DNA from: Puniceicoccales bacterium
Lineage (GTDB): Bacteria; Verrucomicrobiota; Verrucomicrobiia; Opitutales; JAIRLM01
DNA length: 35,876 bases
Assembly: GCA_031282565.1 (NCBI GenBank)
Contig: JAITDL010000044.1
Location: 1-35,876, forward strand
Direction of reading: 5' to 3'
The position numbers were made by a program, and so were the translations under genes. Position 1 is the stretch's first letter. Each line of letters begins with the position of its first letter. The notes below the pieces were generated by a model. That model made no database searches. It saw only the letters and a list, made by a program, of their open reading frames with translations, and was not told the DNA's origin. Of the stretch, positions 15,819 through 24,894 are shown one piece after another.

Positions 15819-18782
15819 ATGACAGGTATGGATAGTGGCAACGTAAAGCAGGCCGATGATTGGGCTGTTGACTCGAATATTGCTGTTTTTTTGGCACTTG
15901 TTACCACTCAGCTCTCCATTGGCTCCCCCAGTAAAATCGAAGACGATGAAAAAAGCCTTAGTGGTGCGATCATAGCTAGTGCGCACGCCACATTGGGTGG
16001 CTATTCGCTTTGCACTTTGAGCGGCCTAACACCAAGCGACGCTAAATTTAATAGCTGCTTCGTTGGCAATCCATATGCGTTCATGTTTGCACTGGCGAAT
16101 GGCTGCGACATTAATGCAGAAGGTGGCGCTACGGAGAATATTAGTTTGGCGTGCAAACTAGACGACAATTCCGTATTTACGCTTATTTGCAAAAGTCTGC
16201 CAACCATAGCGGAAGCTGCATGCCTCGCAAGAGATGATGGCAATACCGATCTTGCGAAGGAAATTGATGAGGCTAGCACTAGGATGTTTGCGAAGGTTGA
16301 CTTTGAAACTGCAAAACGCTGGGCTAGCATTATCAGGAAAAGGGGATCCGCCAATTCGGCGAACTACGAAAAGCACATTGCGACATTTCTCGCGAAGCTG
16401 TTTTGTGGAGTATTCATATACGGCAGCCAAGAAACAATTAAATCATACGACGGAAGTGGGGCTGATTTTTTTGCGCCCATTTCCGGTCCGATTTTTGATT
16501 TCGGCTTCGAAGAGAGAATAAAGTCCAGCCAGGAGGAGGAAATACGCGGTGACTCGTGGGTCATTGCTGCGGTCGGTGACCGTGCTATTCCAGGAAGACA
16601 CGTCGATGATTTTGCAAAGTCGATGCGGGCGAGCCCTGAACTTACAGAATTTTTACTTGAAGTAGCCGACGGAAAAAACGCAGATCAAGTGGCAAGGGCC
16701 GTGCGTGAAGTTCCATCGCAGCTGACAGGTGCGGGCGCCAGATATGAATCATTTGGCGAAAACTCCAAACTGCTAGTCAATCTGTCACTTACTGCGGAGA
16801 ACGCCCAACAAGTGTTTTCCACAGCAAATGGCACGCAAATTGGCGGGATTAACTATTTGGAGCTAACTAAAACTGTAGACGATGGATATAATGCTGGATG
16901 CCAATGTCCTTTTATAGATACATTGCCTGCTCGGCAGGCCATAGCTGCGGCAGGTCCGGCCATAGTTGCTGGGCTCGAAACTGGGCCCGAAAAGTTCACA
17001 GGGTCATTGGTGGCGATGGCAATTCTGCGGTTTGGTGGTGTGGAAGCAGTTAACGCGCTAACTAGGGAGCAAATCGACGGTGCGATAGAAGGTGTTACTG
17101 CCGCAGAAAATCAGCGAAGGATACGTCTAGGAAGCCAGCATCAAGAAGTGGTTAGTGGAGTAACTTGCGGCGTGTCGTTTGCAAATTTCTATGGAGCCAG
17201 ATTGCAACCGGCTGCCGCTGGACCTGTGACTGCCGAAGAGGAAAAAAAGTTAATCAACGATACGGCACATGCCATTGGCTCTGCGGTATGTGATCGGGGA
17301 AGTGCAGCGTCCGAAGTGCATGGCAATGGGTTTTCCAATCACCCGAGAGAAGTTAAATTTTCGCCAAACTATAGAAGGATTGTGCAGGGATTGAGCGGAA
17401 ATTCCTGTGCTTTAGCTTTTCTTGCCGAGGAAGCTCCGCGCGAAGTGTTGCAGTTTGTTCGTCTGAGCCAGGCCACTGATGGCTGCAAAGGCGAGATGTT
17501 TAAAAATTTTGCCAAGGTAATTGGCCCCGACGAAGTTAGAGGGCTTTTCACTGAAAATGAGGAGACATTGGATCCGCAGCTGGCTAGATCCGACTATCGC
17601 CCAGACCATGCTGCGCGCGATCTTTTCTTTGGATACCTGCTCATGTGCGGTTCAGATAGCCAGCGCAGAGCTCTCAGTGAGCGGCAGTTGGTTCTTGGGT
17701 TGAATGCCATAATGAAGTACAACGAAACTAGTGTTTTGCCTCTCGCCGGCTTCCCGACTGCCGCCGTGTGCCGCGAATTGTTCAGCAGGTTAAGTGATGA
17801 TGTTTTGGTAAAATTGGAACCGCAGCTCGATGCCGAACGTAGCCAACTGGATCAGCAAATGCGCATTGCCATTCAGCATCACATATTCTTCAGCGCCAGG
17901 GGGAAGCTTTCAGATAATCTCAGCGGCGAGCAGCTATTCGAGGTCATGCATGCAATCGCAATAAGCGGTGCCGCGGCCGCTGTGCGCGATGGCTCGACGA
18001 ACCTAACTGACACGAGATTGGATGACAGCGGAGATACTTTTCGCCGCGACAGGACAATTGTTGAATTTGTTGCCACACTCAGCAAGGCGCAGGCCAAGAA
18101 GTTGGTTCTAGTAATCAATAATGCTGCAGCGGATGGAAATGGCGGCAGAGAGAAAATCAAAGAGATTTTGTTTGGCTTCGCAGATCAGCCGGCGAACGCA
18201 TTTTGCGTCCTTGCTCCGCGGCAAACATTTCCCGTAAATATCCAGCTACTTGGCATTTCCCGCGGCGTGCCAGACTCCATTTCCGCATTCCCGACGCTGG
18301 CTGCGCTGATTGAAAAATCCGGCAAATCGATGTCAAATGATGTCGTTGAATTGCTGATTGCGAATAGTTTGCCGGCAGATGATATAAGTAAGGATTTGGT
18401 GGCAACGGCTGTGAACATAGTTAACCACGTGGCACTGTTGACGGTTTTCTCCGTGGAGGAATTGCTGCCGCAGATTTCGGATTCAAGTAAATCGTCATTT
18501 TGGCGCATCACCGAACTTGCCAATGATCCCAATAGAAGCCTCATTGGCGTTCGCATCATAGTGCTTCTGCAGCTGATCTTTTTCGGATTTCTTTTTCAGG
18601 AAATTCGCGCGCAATTTTTCATCGCCTGGCGCGTGTTCTACGCAAGCAACGTGGTAGCAAATGAAATTCTAACTGCCGTACTGTTCGCCACCGCCATAAG
18701 CTCCCATGGATTCCATGCCGTATACGAGAAGTCCGGCATAGGCGGCGCCGTTGGTAAAGATGCGTTTGTGCCAATTGAGTAG
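15819..18782 (+). CDS. Giant orphan protein B (paralogue of A). Helical-repeat-like, with a C-terminal hydrophobic anchor.
   Basis: The maximal ORF starts at TTG 15711 (1023 codons). The first ATGs are at 15819 and 15828 (MTGMDSGNV). No enzymatic motif is visible. C-terminal module ...RIIVLLQLIFFGFLFQEIRAQFFIAWRVFYASNVVANEILTAVLFATAISS... Confidence 0.8.
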   Translation: MTGMDSGNVKQADDWAVDSNIAVFLALVTTQLSIGSPSKIEDDEKSLSGAIIASAHATLGGYSLCTLSGLTPSDAKFNSCFVGNPYAFMFALANGCDINAEGGATENISLACKLDDNSVFTLICKSLPTIAEAACLARDDGNTDLAKEIDEASTRMFAKVDFETAKRWASIIRKRGSANSANYEKHIATFLAKLFCGVFIYGSQETIKSYDGSGADFFAPISGPIFDFGFEERIKSSQEEEIRGDSWVIAAVGDRAIPGRHVDDFAKSMRASPELTEFLLEVADGKNADQVARAVREVPSQLTGAGARYESFGENSKLLVNLSLTAENAQQVFSTANGTQIGGINYLELTKTVDDGYNAGCQCPFIDTLPARQAIAAAGPAIVAGLETGPEKFTGSLVAMAILRFGGVEAVNALTREQIDGAIEGVTAAENQRRIRLGSQHQEVVSGVTCGVSFANFYGARLQPAAAGPVTAEEEKKLINDTAHAIGSAVCDRGSAASEVHGNGFSNHPREVKFSPNYRRIVQGLSGNSCALAFLAEEAPREVLQFVRLSQATDGCKGEMFKNFAKVIGPDEVRGLFTENEETLDPQLARSDYRPDHAARDLFFGYLLMCGSDSQRRALSERQLVLGLNAIMKYNETSVLPLAGFPTAAVCRELFSRLSDDVLVKLEPQLDAERSQLDQQMRIAIQHHIFFSARGKLSDNLSGEQLFEVMHAIAISGAAAAVRDGSTNLTDTRLDDSGDTFRRDRTIVEFVATLSKAQAKKLVLVINNAAADGNGGREKIKEILFGFADQPANAFCVLAPRQTFPVNIQLLGISRGVPDSISAFPTLAALIEKSGKSMSNDVVELLIANSLPADDISKDLVATAVNIVNHVALLTVFSVEELLPQISDSSKSSFWRITELANDPNRSLIGVRIIVLLQLIFFGFLFQEIRAQFFIAWRVFYASNVVANEILTAVLFATAISSHGFHAVYEKSGIGGAVGKDAFVPIE

Positions 18783-19071
18783 CGGCAGACCTCGACTTCC
18801 GGAGAGAGCGTTCCACCGATTTGCATTTCTGTGCCTGTTTTATGTGCAGGTGGGAGCATCTATTCATGCTGCCGTAGCGACCCTTGGGTCACGCCTTTGC
18901 ATGAAGTTCAACGCACCCTTTGTTGTAATGTCAGGAGAAGAATGCGTGCCGGCGAGCTCGACATCCTCCAGAAGCCAAATGAGATGCTGTGAGCGATATT
19001 GCGGATGTCAATGAAAAATATCCGGTGGCGCACAATTCCCTAGGCATTCGCAATTAGTCTTTGTGGCAGAT

Positions 19072-20595
19072 CTATTTATCGCAGTTGTTTTCACCAACTT
19101 CTTCGGACGTCATTGATCTGGTTGACGTTTCTATTTGTTCGAGTGGCTTAGGTTCTTCGCTGCGAAGCGATTTCATTCGTGAAAAGTTTTGTAGCGTCGG
19201 CCGAAGGCGGCTTTCGATGGACGCGACGGTGCCGTTGTAGGAATCGACGGTGCGGCGAAGATGTCTGCCCGTATCTGATAGCTTTTCCCAAACAACTTGC
19301 GTGCGTTCAATTAGGACCTTTGCGAGATCAACTATGGCGTTGGCTTCTCTCGCCGTTGCCGACTGTGCCCAGCCGCTGGCGATTGTTTTTAGGAGGGCAA
19401 GTAGCGTCATCGGAGACGCTAGTAGGACATGGCGCTCGACGGCCTCGTCGAACAGTTCCGGTCTGACCTCCAGGGCTGCAGCGTATATGTTATCACCTGG
19501 GAGAAAGAGAATTACGTAGTCGAATGTGGCTGCAAAGAATTTCCAATAGTTTTTCCTGCCGAGCTCCTGGATGCGGGAAAAGACATTTTGCCCGTGCTGC
19601 TTGCGCAATTCCATCCGCCGTTCGCTGCTGTCCGCTTCTTCGGCCGCCGCGTAGGCTTCCATTACTGCCTTGGCGTCAACGATTACATTGCGGCCGTCTG
19701 GCAAGTGGATGACCATGTCGGCGCGCAAAGTTCCGCTGTCGGCTGCAACGGCCACCTGCTCGTCGAAGTCGACATGTTCCCGCATTCCAGCCATTTCCAC
19801 CAAACGACGCAGGTGAAGTTCGCCCCAGCGGCCGCGGAGATGGGACTGGCGCAGCGTGCGGTTTAGCCGTTTGGCTTCAATGTCTAATTCTTTATTGCTG
19901 AGCAGCATCTGTCGAATTTGCTCCTCAAACCTAGCCATCGATTCGTTCCATTGGCGATCGTTTTGCTGCACGCGACCTTCGAGCCGATCCACGCAGTCGC
20001 GCATAGGCTTCAGAACGTTTTCCAGCCGTTCCCGTTGGGCAACTCCATTCACCGCATTGCTTTCCTGCAGTTTGGCCAATGCTTCGGCCGATGCCTTCGT
20101 TGCCGCTGCGCCAAATGCCGTCTCCAGTTCTTTGCGAACTTTCTCCAGGAGAGCTATTTTTTCGTCGTTAATCTGCCTTCGTTCGCTGTCTCGTCCTCGA
20201 AATTCGGCATATTCGCGGTCTAGGGCATGAAATTTTTCTACGAGTTCGCGGAGATCGGTTTCCGCGGCTTCGCGGAGATTACGTTCACTGATAAGTTCTT
20301 TGCTGCGCGTGCGGAGCACTGCGAAAAGCCATGCGGCGGCCGCGCAAAGTGCCGCTGCGAGAAATAGCGAAATTATTGGGCACCAATTCACGCAGCCCGT
20401 TGAGAGATTTTTCACGATCTGCGCAATGGAAAACTGCACATTCCACGGCGGGATAAAAAAAGTGGATTTGCGCAAACGCTTCGCACAATGGCAGTTTGAA
20501 TAATTCAATTTTTCGCAGTTGACTGCTTCGCCATAGCTGCTAAAATAACCCAATGGCAAATCCACCGCACAGCGTAGGTTCCAGCGATGAACCAC
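19072..20595 (-). CDS. rmuC: DNA recombination protein RmuC
   Basis: N-terminal TM segment (CPIISLFLAAALCAAAAWLFAVL), a long coiled coil, and the RmuC nuclease-like C-terminal domain (...RGRWGELHLRRLVEMAGM...DMVIHLPDGRNVIVDAKA...DYVILFLPGDNIYAAALE...). ATG 20595 overlaps the divergent ORF at 20553 by 43 nt. Internal GTG starts at 20415 or 20391, just before the TM segment, are plausible. Confidence 0.85.
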   Translation of the reverse strand: MVHRWNLRCAVDLPLGYFSSYGEAVNCEKLNYSNCHCAKRLRKSTFFIPPWNVQFSIAQIVKNLSTGCVNWCPIISLFLAAALCAAAAWLFAVLRTRSKELISERNLREAAETDLRELVEKFHALDREYAEFRGRDSERRQINDEKIALLEKVRKELETAFGAAATKASAEALAKLQESNAVNGVAQRERLENVLKPMRDCVDRLEGRVQQNDRQWNESMARFEEQIRQMLLSNKELDIEAKRLNRTLRQSHLRGRWGELHLRRLVEMAGMREHVDFDEQVAVAADSGTLRADMVIHLPDGRNVIVDAKAVMEAYAAAEEADSSERRMELRKQHGQNVFSRIQELGRKNYWKFFAATFDYVILFLPGDNIYAAALEVRPELFDEAVERHVLLASPMTLLALLKTIASGWAQSATAREANAIVDLAKVLIERTQVVWEKLSDTGRHLRRTVDSYNGTVASIESRLRPTLQNFSRMKSLRSEEPKPLEQIETSTRSMTSEEVGENNCDK

Positions 20596-21809
20596 CTTCC
20601 ATGTTTAACGATAACTGGGTGGTAGGTATTGAGCCAACCACGGCTCCAGGCGAATTTGACACGCTATTGGAGAAAAAAGGCCACTATTCATGGGGCAGAC
20701 CTGGTGTGCCGATTGTTTTTAGAAAAGGCTTCCACATGAAAGGTGGCGATGGAAGTATCGCAATGGAGTTCGCCTCACGGTTTGTGGATGCGAAGGTTGG
20801 AGAAAGTGTTCATCTTGAAATGGGCGCTAAAAATAGGAAATTGACTGTTGTAGTCAATAAACAGACGAAAAGCTTCGTTGCCAATGTCGATAGGCTTGTC
20901 AGAGGAGATAAGCCAGACCGGCGCGAAATCGTCATATGGTGGGCCCTGGCAATTATCACCTGTGGAATTTATGTCGCGCTAGTAAATAAAAGCACGCTCG
21001 CCAAATCCTATAATGTGCTGCAGTCGAGAATTGAAAAATTTCCTGGAATGGCGCGCGAAATGCAGGTAGTTGCCTGCTTGCTCGATATGGTTGCCGAGAG
21101 CGCCACCCCCATCTGTCGCAGCCAAGACTTGCCGGCAATGTTTGCGGACATACTAAATACGTACTACGCGCGGGTCCGCAATGAAGGAGATTTTACGCAC
21201 ATAGAGGAAGCCAGGGCATCGGTCGCGATTGTTGCAAATGTCCTTGGGGGATATGGCTGTGCAGATGCCTTTTTACAGCGCGTTGTGCTGGATATTCAAC
21301 CGCGCAAAGACGAAACTAGTGGAAAATATTTGCCCGTTGAACGAGTAGTTCCTGCTCCCGTTGTGCCAGCGGAACTTCCTCCGGTGCCCGAATGTGCCGC
21401 TACGTCGGAGTTGCCGGATGTGCGAGAGCTGGAGGATATGCCGGAGAGGCCTGGTATATTTATGCCAAATGGTCGGCGGTTGCGGAGGGACGTTCCGGGC
21501 AATGCGAGGTTTATTTTGCCGCAAAGACAGGGTGAGGGTGGTGCCGTTTCCGCCTGGCGGCGTGAAGAAAATGCAAGGAGGCGCGCAGCCGATGCCCCAA
21601 CGCCACCTGCATCGGAAGAGCAACATGACGCCGACGCGCCGTCACCGGAAGATGATGCGTTGATTAATTTGGCGAATGAAGATCCAATGAAACGTATCCA
21701 GGAAGAGATGTTGGGGGTTGTCGCGAAAGCTCAATTCGATGGGCCTAAACCGGCGACGGATGGTGATCCGTCCGTATTTAGGACGCCTCCCACTAAAAAA
21801 GGCACGTGA
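20553..21809 (+). CDS. Orphan protein (418 aa) with one TM segment and a Pro-rich, charged C-terminal half
   Basis: ATG at 20553. TM segment IVIWWALAIITCGIYVALV. C-terminal ...VVPAPVVPAELPPVPECAATSELPDVRELEDMPERPG...APTPPASEEQHDADAPSPEDD... No recognisable family. Confidence 0.6.
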   Translation: MANPPHSVGSSDEPPSMFNDNWVVGIEPTTAPGEFDTLLEKKGHYSWGRPGVPIVFRKGFHMKGGDGSIAMEFASRFVDAKVGESVHLEMGAKNRKLTVVVNKQTKSFVANVDRLVRGDKPDRREIVIWWALAIITCGIYVALVNKSTLAKSYNVLQSRIEKFPGMAREMQVVACLLDMVAESATPICRSQDLPAMFADILNTYYARVRNEGDFTHIEEARASVAIVANVLGGYGCADAFLQRVVLDIQPRKDETSGKYLPVERVVPAPVVPAELPPVPECAATSELPDVRELEDMPERPGIFMPNGRRLRRDVPGNARFILPQRQGEGGAVSAWRREENARRRAADAPTPPASEEQHDADAPSPEDDALINLANEDPMKRIQEEMLGVVAKAQFDGPKPATDGDPSVFRTPPTKKGT

Positions 21810-24693
21810 GCGACACCTCCAGTGACCCGCTGGTGTACTCTTTCCTGGAGAACTTTCCGGTGCCGTACATGGCGAGTTCACACTGGCGACCTATGCCAGT
21901 TTTTGCGCCGACTGTTGCCACGGCTTTCCCCTTGCGGCAGTGGTCGTTGACTTTTGCGATGAATGGATTTTCCAAGTTGTCAGCCGATCCAACTGCAGTC
22001 GTATGGCGTTGCTTCTGTTTTGTTTCAAATCCTGCGCGGACGAATAGCCGCGATTTTAAGTCCGGATCAATGCTAGGCTGTCCAAATTCCAGGTTTATGC
22101 CTACGATGGCTACTCCGATGTCGTGGCTGACTTCCGATAGACTTGCCCTGCTCGGGCCGCTGCCGGTTTCTTCGTATTTTTTGTGGCGGACGTAGTTGTA
22201 GCGCGCTTCAGCCCAGGGGCCAAATTGCACGGAGCCGAAGCGTAGGACATTCTGCGATAAAAGAATGAAGCAGTGCCCGCCGAAATCGTTGAACCTTGCC
22301 AGGTATTCGTCGCCCTGGACGCTGATGCGGGCGGAAGAATTCTTGCCTCTGCTGCAGCCGCACAGTACGTTAAGTGTCGTGCGCTTTTTGTGTGCACTCA
22401 TGTGGTCGAAGTGTGATGCCACAGCTGCGAAACAGGAATCGTGCTGCGTTGTCTTTATGCCGAAGTTTATTGTTTCGCCGGCGCAATCGACTCTGTTTCT
22501 GCCGCAGCCAACTAGGATTCCATAGCGCATGGAGCTGTTCATTGAGTGTGACACATAGGCTTCTCCAAGTACAAGCCCGTGGAATTTGCCGTCCAGCCAG
22601 AAGTCGCTGTCGTCATCATAGGGCTCATAGCGCGTTGTGCCGGCGAAGGCTGAGACAAACATCCCGCTGGCGTATGAGTTTGCCACGTGCTGCGTGCCGG
22701 AGTGGAGGCCAACTTCGAGCAATTCAAGTTTGGCCCGCGTAAGGTCGCCGTGGGGGAACACTTCCGCGTAGCGCTGGTACCTAGCAGGCGAGGCTCCAAC
22801 GATTTGGCCGTGCAGCGCATCATATGCGTTTTGGAGTTTCGCCACATTTTCGTAGAATTCTGCAAGCTTAGCAAAATTCGAGCTGTGTATGTCTGTGGTG
22901 CTTTCTAACGTGGAAAGTTTTTCTGTGAGTCCTGTTACTATTTCGCTGAGTGCAGAAAGGTCCTCCAGCGTGGCCAACACCCTATCGCCTCCATCCTCAA
23001 TGGTACCATTTTTGAGCTGTTCTTTCAGGTTTTCAAGGTCGCCGCTATTGGTTGGGCTACTTTGCAGGTCGCTCTTTTTCGCAAAATTCTCTTCAGCATC
23101 ATTTTTGCTGAGATAGTCGCTAAGGCTGTTGTTTAGTGCCTCCGTAGTCGCGTAGGTGTTGAGCTCGCTTTTCGTTGCAAATGTATCAGTTAAGTCGTCC
23201 GTTGCAGCATAGTTTGTGAGGTCATTTTTCGTTGCATAGGCGCTGAGGTCTTCTTTTTTTACGTATGTGCCATCTAAGCCGTCCGTTACAGCATAGTTTG
23301 TGAGGTCGCTTTTCGTTGCATAGCTATTTAGATCTGCCACCGTTGCGAGATATTGCGTGCTGCCATTTTTGTAAATTTTCCCCTCTTCCAACTTGGCCCT
23401 AAGAATTTTCAACTTAGCATCTAATGCGGCGACGTCTGACTTTAGGGCCAAAGTCGGCTGCCCACAGTGGCAGTTGCAATCGCCTGCCGTGCAGCACACT
23501 TCCTCCGTTGCGGCACCAACCGTGCAATCGCATGCCTGAAATCCGTCACAGCCGTGGACGTGGCTGCATCCGATTAGTCTATTTAGCAGATCAATGGTCA
23601 CGAGAGCATTTTTGCTGTCGATTTTGCCATCCTTTAGGTCCGCCTTTAGTGCGTCGATGGCATTGCCAACGCTATCGGTCACCGATGCCGATGTGGCATA
23701 GGTTGCTTGCGCTTCCGTCTTGCTGAGGCAGCTATCTTCCAGGGCAGTAAGGTCATCCGTTTTTGCCAGAACCTGTGCTTCGCAATGGGGAAGCTTCCCC
23801 TGTTTCAGTGCATTTTTTAGGGATTTGAGGTCGCTGTTTGTGGCAAGGATCTTGTTTCCGCAGCCTGGAGTATTGGTCAATTTGCCGCTCTCAAGAGCTT
23901 CTTTTAGGTCTCTAATATCTTCCACCGTTGCCAATTTTTGCTGCTTCCAAAAATCAATTTTTCCTCTTTCGAGTGCATCCTTCAGTTTTTCAAGATCCGA
24001 GTGCAGTGCAAGTATTTGCGCCGCTCCATGTTCGGGACTGAGCTTGCCATGGTTTAGCTGCCCAATAAGATTGTTTAATCTTTCCGTTGTCACTAGTTCC
24101 GGACCGGTCCTGTTGCCATTTACTTCGCCATTTTGCAAATTTTTGGCGAGATTCCCAATCGCATCGTCGACGTATTTCTGGACCGACGAAAGATCAATTT
24201 CGCCGCCGCCGCCATGCTCCTGGATGTAACCGATTAAATCGCTTTTCACGCTTTTAATTTGCTCTCCAAGAGCTGCCAGCTCACCATCTGTCGCGAGATA
24301 TTTAGTGTCATTGATGGCGCCGGTTTGCAAAAGTTCATCGGCTGAATCCATGGCGGCATGTATGCCGACTTCGCACCGCTGGATGTACTTCGGCATCCAG
24401 TTTAGGTATGCGTATAGCGCATCAAGATTGGCAAAATTTTCGAGGCCGTGAGCTAAATATGTGATCTCTTCCCTTGACAGCGGACCCGAATAATCTCCTG
24501 GGGCGAGGTAGCGCTCATCGACGTCATTGTATTTCTTGTAGCCTTCCCTAAACGTGTCGAAATCTACTTCATATGCCGGCGGCACCTGTGCCGTGTCATC
24601 TGCGAATGCCGGAGAAGATCCGGAAAATATCGGCGCCAAGGCTAGTGCGGCGGCTAGGAGGATTCGACGCCTGGTGGTGCAACAGGTTCCCAT
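21793..24693 (-). CDS. Type Va autotransporter-like outer-membrane protein with a repeat-rich, coiled-coil-like passenger
   Basis: Signal peptide MGTCCTTRRRILLAAALALAPIFSGSSPAFA-DD. The C-terminal ~290 aa show an alternating beta-strand pattern and end in ...SLEVSLTCLF (terminal Phe), as in autotransporter beta-barrels. The passenger carries LATxxDLxxLKxALxxGK modules, a 9-Cys cluster and YATKxDLTNY repeats. Confidence 0.78.
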   Translation of the reverse strand: MGTCCTTRRRILLAAALALAPIFSGSSPAFADDTAQVPPAYEVDFDTFREGYKKYNDVDERYLAPGDYSGPLSREEITYLAHGLENFANLDALYAYLNWMPKYIQRCEVGIHAAMDSADELLQTGAINDTKYLATDGELAALGEQIKSVKSDLIGYIQEHGGGGEIDLSSVQKYVDDAIGNLAKNLQNGEVNGNRTGPELVTTERLNNLIGQLNHGKLSPEHGAAQILALHSDLEKLKDALERGKIDFWKQQKLATVEDIRDLKEALESGKLTNTPGCGNKILATNSDLKSLKNALKQGKLPHCEAQVLAKTDDLTALEDSCLSKTEAQATYATSASVTDSVGNAIDALKADLKDGKIDSKNALVTIDLLNRLIGCSHVHGCDGFQACDCTVGAATEEVCCTAGDCNCHCGQPTLALKSDVAALDAKLKILRAKLEEGKIYKNGSTQYLATVADLNSYATKSDLTNYAVTDGLDGTYVKKEDLSAYATKNDLTNYAATDDLTDTFATKSELNTYATTEALNNSLSDYLSKNDAEENFAKKSDLQSSPTNSGDLENLKEQLKNGTIEDGGDRVLATLEDLSALSEIVTGLTEKLSTLESTTDIHSSNFAKLAEFYENVAKLQNAYDALHGQIVGASPARYQRYAEVFPHGDLTRAKLELLEVGLHSGTQHVANSYASGMFVSAFAGTTRYEPYDDDSDFWLDGKFHGLVLGEAYVSHSMNSSMRYGILVGCGRNRVDCAGETINFGIKTTQHDSCFAAVASHFDHMSAHKKRTTLNVLCGCSRGKNSSARISVQGDEYLARFNDFGGHCFILLSQNVLRFGSVQFGPWAEARYNYVRHKKYEETGSGPSRASLSEVSHDIGVAIVGINLEFGQPSIDPDLKSRLFVRAGFETKQKQRHTTAVGSADNLENPFIAKVNDHCRKGKAVATVGAKTGIGRQCELAMYGTGKFSRKEYTSGSLEVSLTCLF
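23059..23355 (-). repeat. In-frame tandem repeats inside the autotransporter passenger (YATKxDLTNY-type)
   Basis: Protein sequence YLATVADLNSYATKSDLTNYAVTDGLDGTYVKKEDLSAYATKNDLTNYAATDDLTDTFATKSELNTYATTEAL... At the DNA level, two 49-nt copies lie 84 nt apart (23191-23239 and 23275-23323) and differ at 4 positions, with a degenerate third copy near 23163-23183. Confidence 0.75.
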
Positions 24694-24894
24694 GGGCCAA
24701 GTTTTGCTGTGAATCTGCTGTAGAGCAAGATATTTTTTACAAATGGTGAAGGATTTGCAAAGTTTGCCGCAAAAAGCGAAAGAAAAGGACTTGACTCGGT
24801 GCCCTCAGCCTGAGGATATGGCCGCGACGAGCTTTGGCGGCGATGTTGGTCAAATGATTTTGCCGTCGCCGGTTGATGTCCAGAGGAAAGTAGG

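Noticed and set aside
11706-18782. TAL-effector-like repeats in giants A and B, suggested by motifs such as VTGEQIAAVANAIES and LTREQIDGAIEGV (compare TALE LTPEQVVAIAS)
   Set aside because: The motifs are not arranged as tandem 33-35-aa units. Spacing is irregular, and two occur only 10 residues apart in A. No RVD-like periodicity exists. The resemblance is limited to a common helix N-cap pattern.
18783-19071. 289-bp non-coding gap between the convergent ends of giant B and rmuC, as a possible ncRNA or terminator region
   Set aside because: Only very short or imperfect hairpins are visible (for example GACCC-TT-GGGTC with a 2-nt loop). There is no U-tract terminator and no tRNA/tmRNA/RNase P-like conserved boxes. 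ORF 18751-19014 has an implausible Cys/Arg/Ser-rich translation. Nothing here is supportable by eye.
24791-24820. TTGACT hexamer (24791-96) and the perfect 13-bp palindrome CCTCAGCCTGAGG (24803-15) upstream of rplM, as a promoter/operator
   Set aside because: No acceptable -10 hexamer sits at 16-18 nt from the TTGACT; the best candidates are 20 nt away or poor matches. A single palindrome without comparative support is weak evidence. The region is also shared with the divergent autotransporter gene.
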